Assembly: GCF_006345805.1 (NCBI RefSeq)
Contig: NW_021828632.1
Span: forward strand, 1 to 7,978
From: Octopus sinensis
Taxonomy: Eukaryota
Direction: 5' to 3'
Length of the DNA stretch: 7,978 bases
In this document: positions 7,136-7,978 of the stretch, in pieces
How positions within the stretch are numbered: position 1 is the stretch's first letter
Layout of the letters: each line of letters starts with the position of its first letter
Notes under the pieces: generated by a model
The model's input: the letters and a program-made list of their open reading frames with translations, nothing else
The model's database searches: none
What the model was told of the DNA's origin: nothing
Translations under genes and position numbers: made by a program

Positions 7136-7348
7136 GTTTCCAATTTTGGCACGAGGCCAGCAATTTCGGGGGAAAAGGGTAAGTCGATTACATCGACCCC
7201 AGTGTTCAACTGGTACTTATTTTATCGACACCAAAAGGATGAAAGGCAAAGTCAACCTCGGCGGAATTTGAACTCAGGTCTGTAAAGACGGATGAAACGC
7301 TGGTAGGCATTTTGGCCAGTGTGCTAACAATTCTGTCAGCTGCTCGCC
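7072..7348 (-). mobile_element. SINE copy 4, with (ATT)n tail
   Basis: Head ggcgagcagctgacagaattgttagc starts at 7348, B box GAGTTCAAATTCC at 7275-7263, and an (AAT)21 tract at 7072-7134 lies at its 3' end. Confidence 0.88.
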
Positions 7349-7359
7349 AGTCCTATTCC

Positions 7360-7390
<31 letters not shown>

Positions 7391-7398
7391 TAATAATA
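7360..7398. repeat. (AAT)n microsatellite
   Basis: About 10 perfect aat units plus a degenerate end. Confidence 0.95.
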
Positions 7399-7559
7399 TT
7401 AATTACTAGCAGTTGTGGAGGTCGTCGTTGTCGTTGTAATTGATTAAATTGTGTAGTGTGTATTCTGTGTTGTTTAAGATAGTTTCACTTAATTAAAAGC
7501 CTTAACGCGGCATCATTATTTACTCACGAATAAAAACAAATATGTAAAGACCACAACAC

Positions 7560-7584
7560 TATATATACATACATACATACACAG

Positions 7585-7626
<42 letters not shown>
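7560..7626. repeat. (ATAC)n/(AT)n microsatellite
   Basis: tatatatacatacatacatac followed by an (AT)n run. Confidence 0.9.
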
Positions 7627-7627
<1 letters not shown>

Positions 7628-7978
7628 TGTTAGTAATTAACTGATGTAACACACAAGCTTCCCTCTACAAAACTAGTGTTTACTCAATAACTGTCGCCGT
7701 GTTGCTTTTATCTCATTCCATCCAACCAGTTGTAATTTAATCATGTTATCGTCTGCTCATTCGATTTGAAGAGAGAGAGAGAAAAAAATAAACCGTTTGT
7801 ATATTTAATATGGAACATTATGAGACGCTTTTACTGGTAATATGATAATTGTAATGAAATAATGATTTACTAATCAATCACTTTTTTTTTTATTTTCGAG
7901 ATTTGTTGATTTGTTTTATTATATTTTCGTTTTAAATGTATTGAAATTAATAAATATTTAATCAAGCTTAACTCTGTG

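Noticed and set aside
6419-7348. Repeated motifs at roughly 200-bp spacing that might suggest a CRISPR-like array
   Set aside because: The context is eukaryotic, and whole units are homologous, diverged and carry Pol III boxes; there are no unique spacers between identical short repeats.

Overview
Eukaryotic, AT-rich, non-coding DNA made mostly of microsatellites and tRNA-derived SINEs. The repeat families resemble those I recall from Octopus genomes; this attribution is from memory and not checked by a search. No protein-coding gene is confidently supported, and nearly all listed ORFs are microsatellite translations. The window holds about ten SINE copies or fragments from at least three families: a near-full CORE-type SINE at 5421-5750 (-), a head-to-tail run of four copies at 6419-7348 (-), and one SINE apparently split in two (4135-4261 and 5171-5408). 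The most notable signals are: (1) a minimal type-I hammerhead-ribozyme-like motif of the Penelope-element kind at 1103-1137; (2) a near-perfect 191-bp palindrome (95-bp arms, 1-nt loop) at 4265-4455, at the start of a ~900-bp block that interrupts the split SINE; (3) a GC/CpG-rich unique island at 1671-2190 with exon-like splice signals; (4) a structured (GGT)n array whose minus strand is open as a Thr-rich or Pro/Gln-rich frame.
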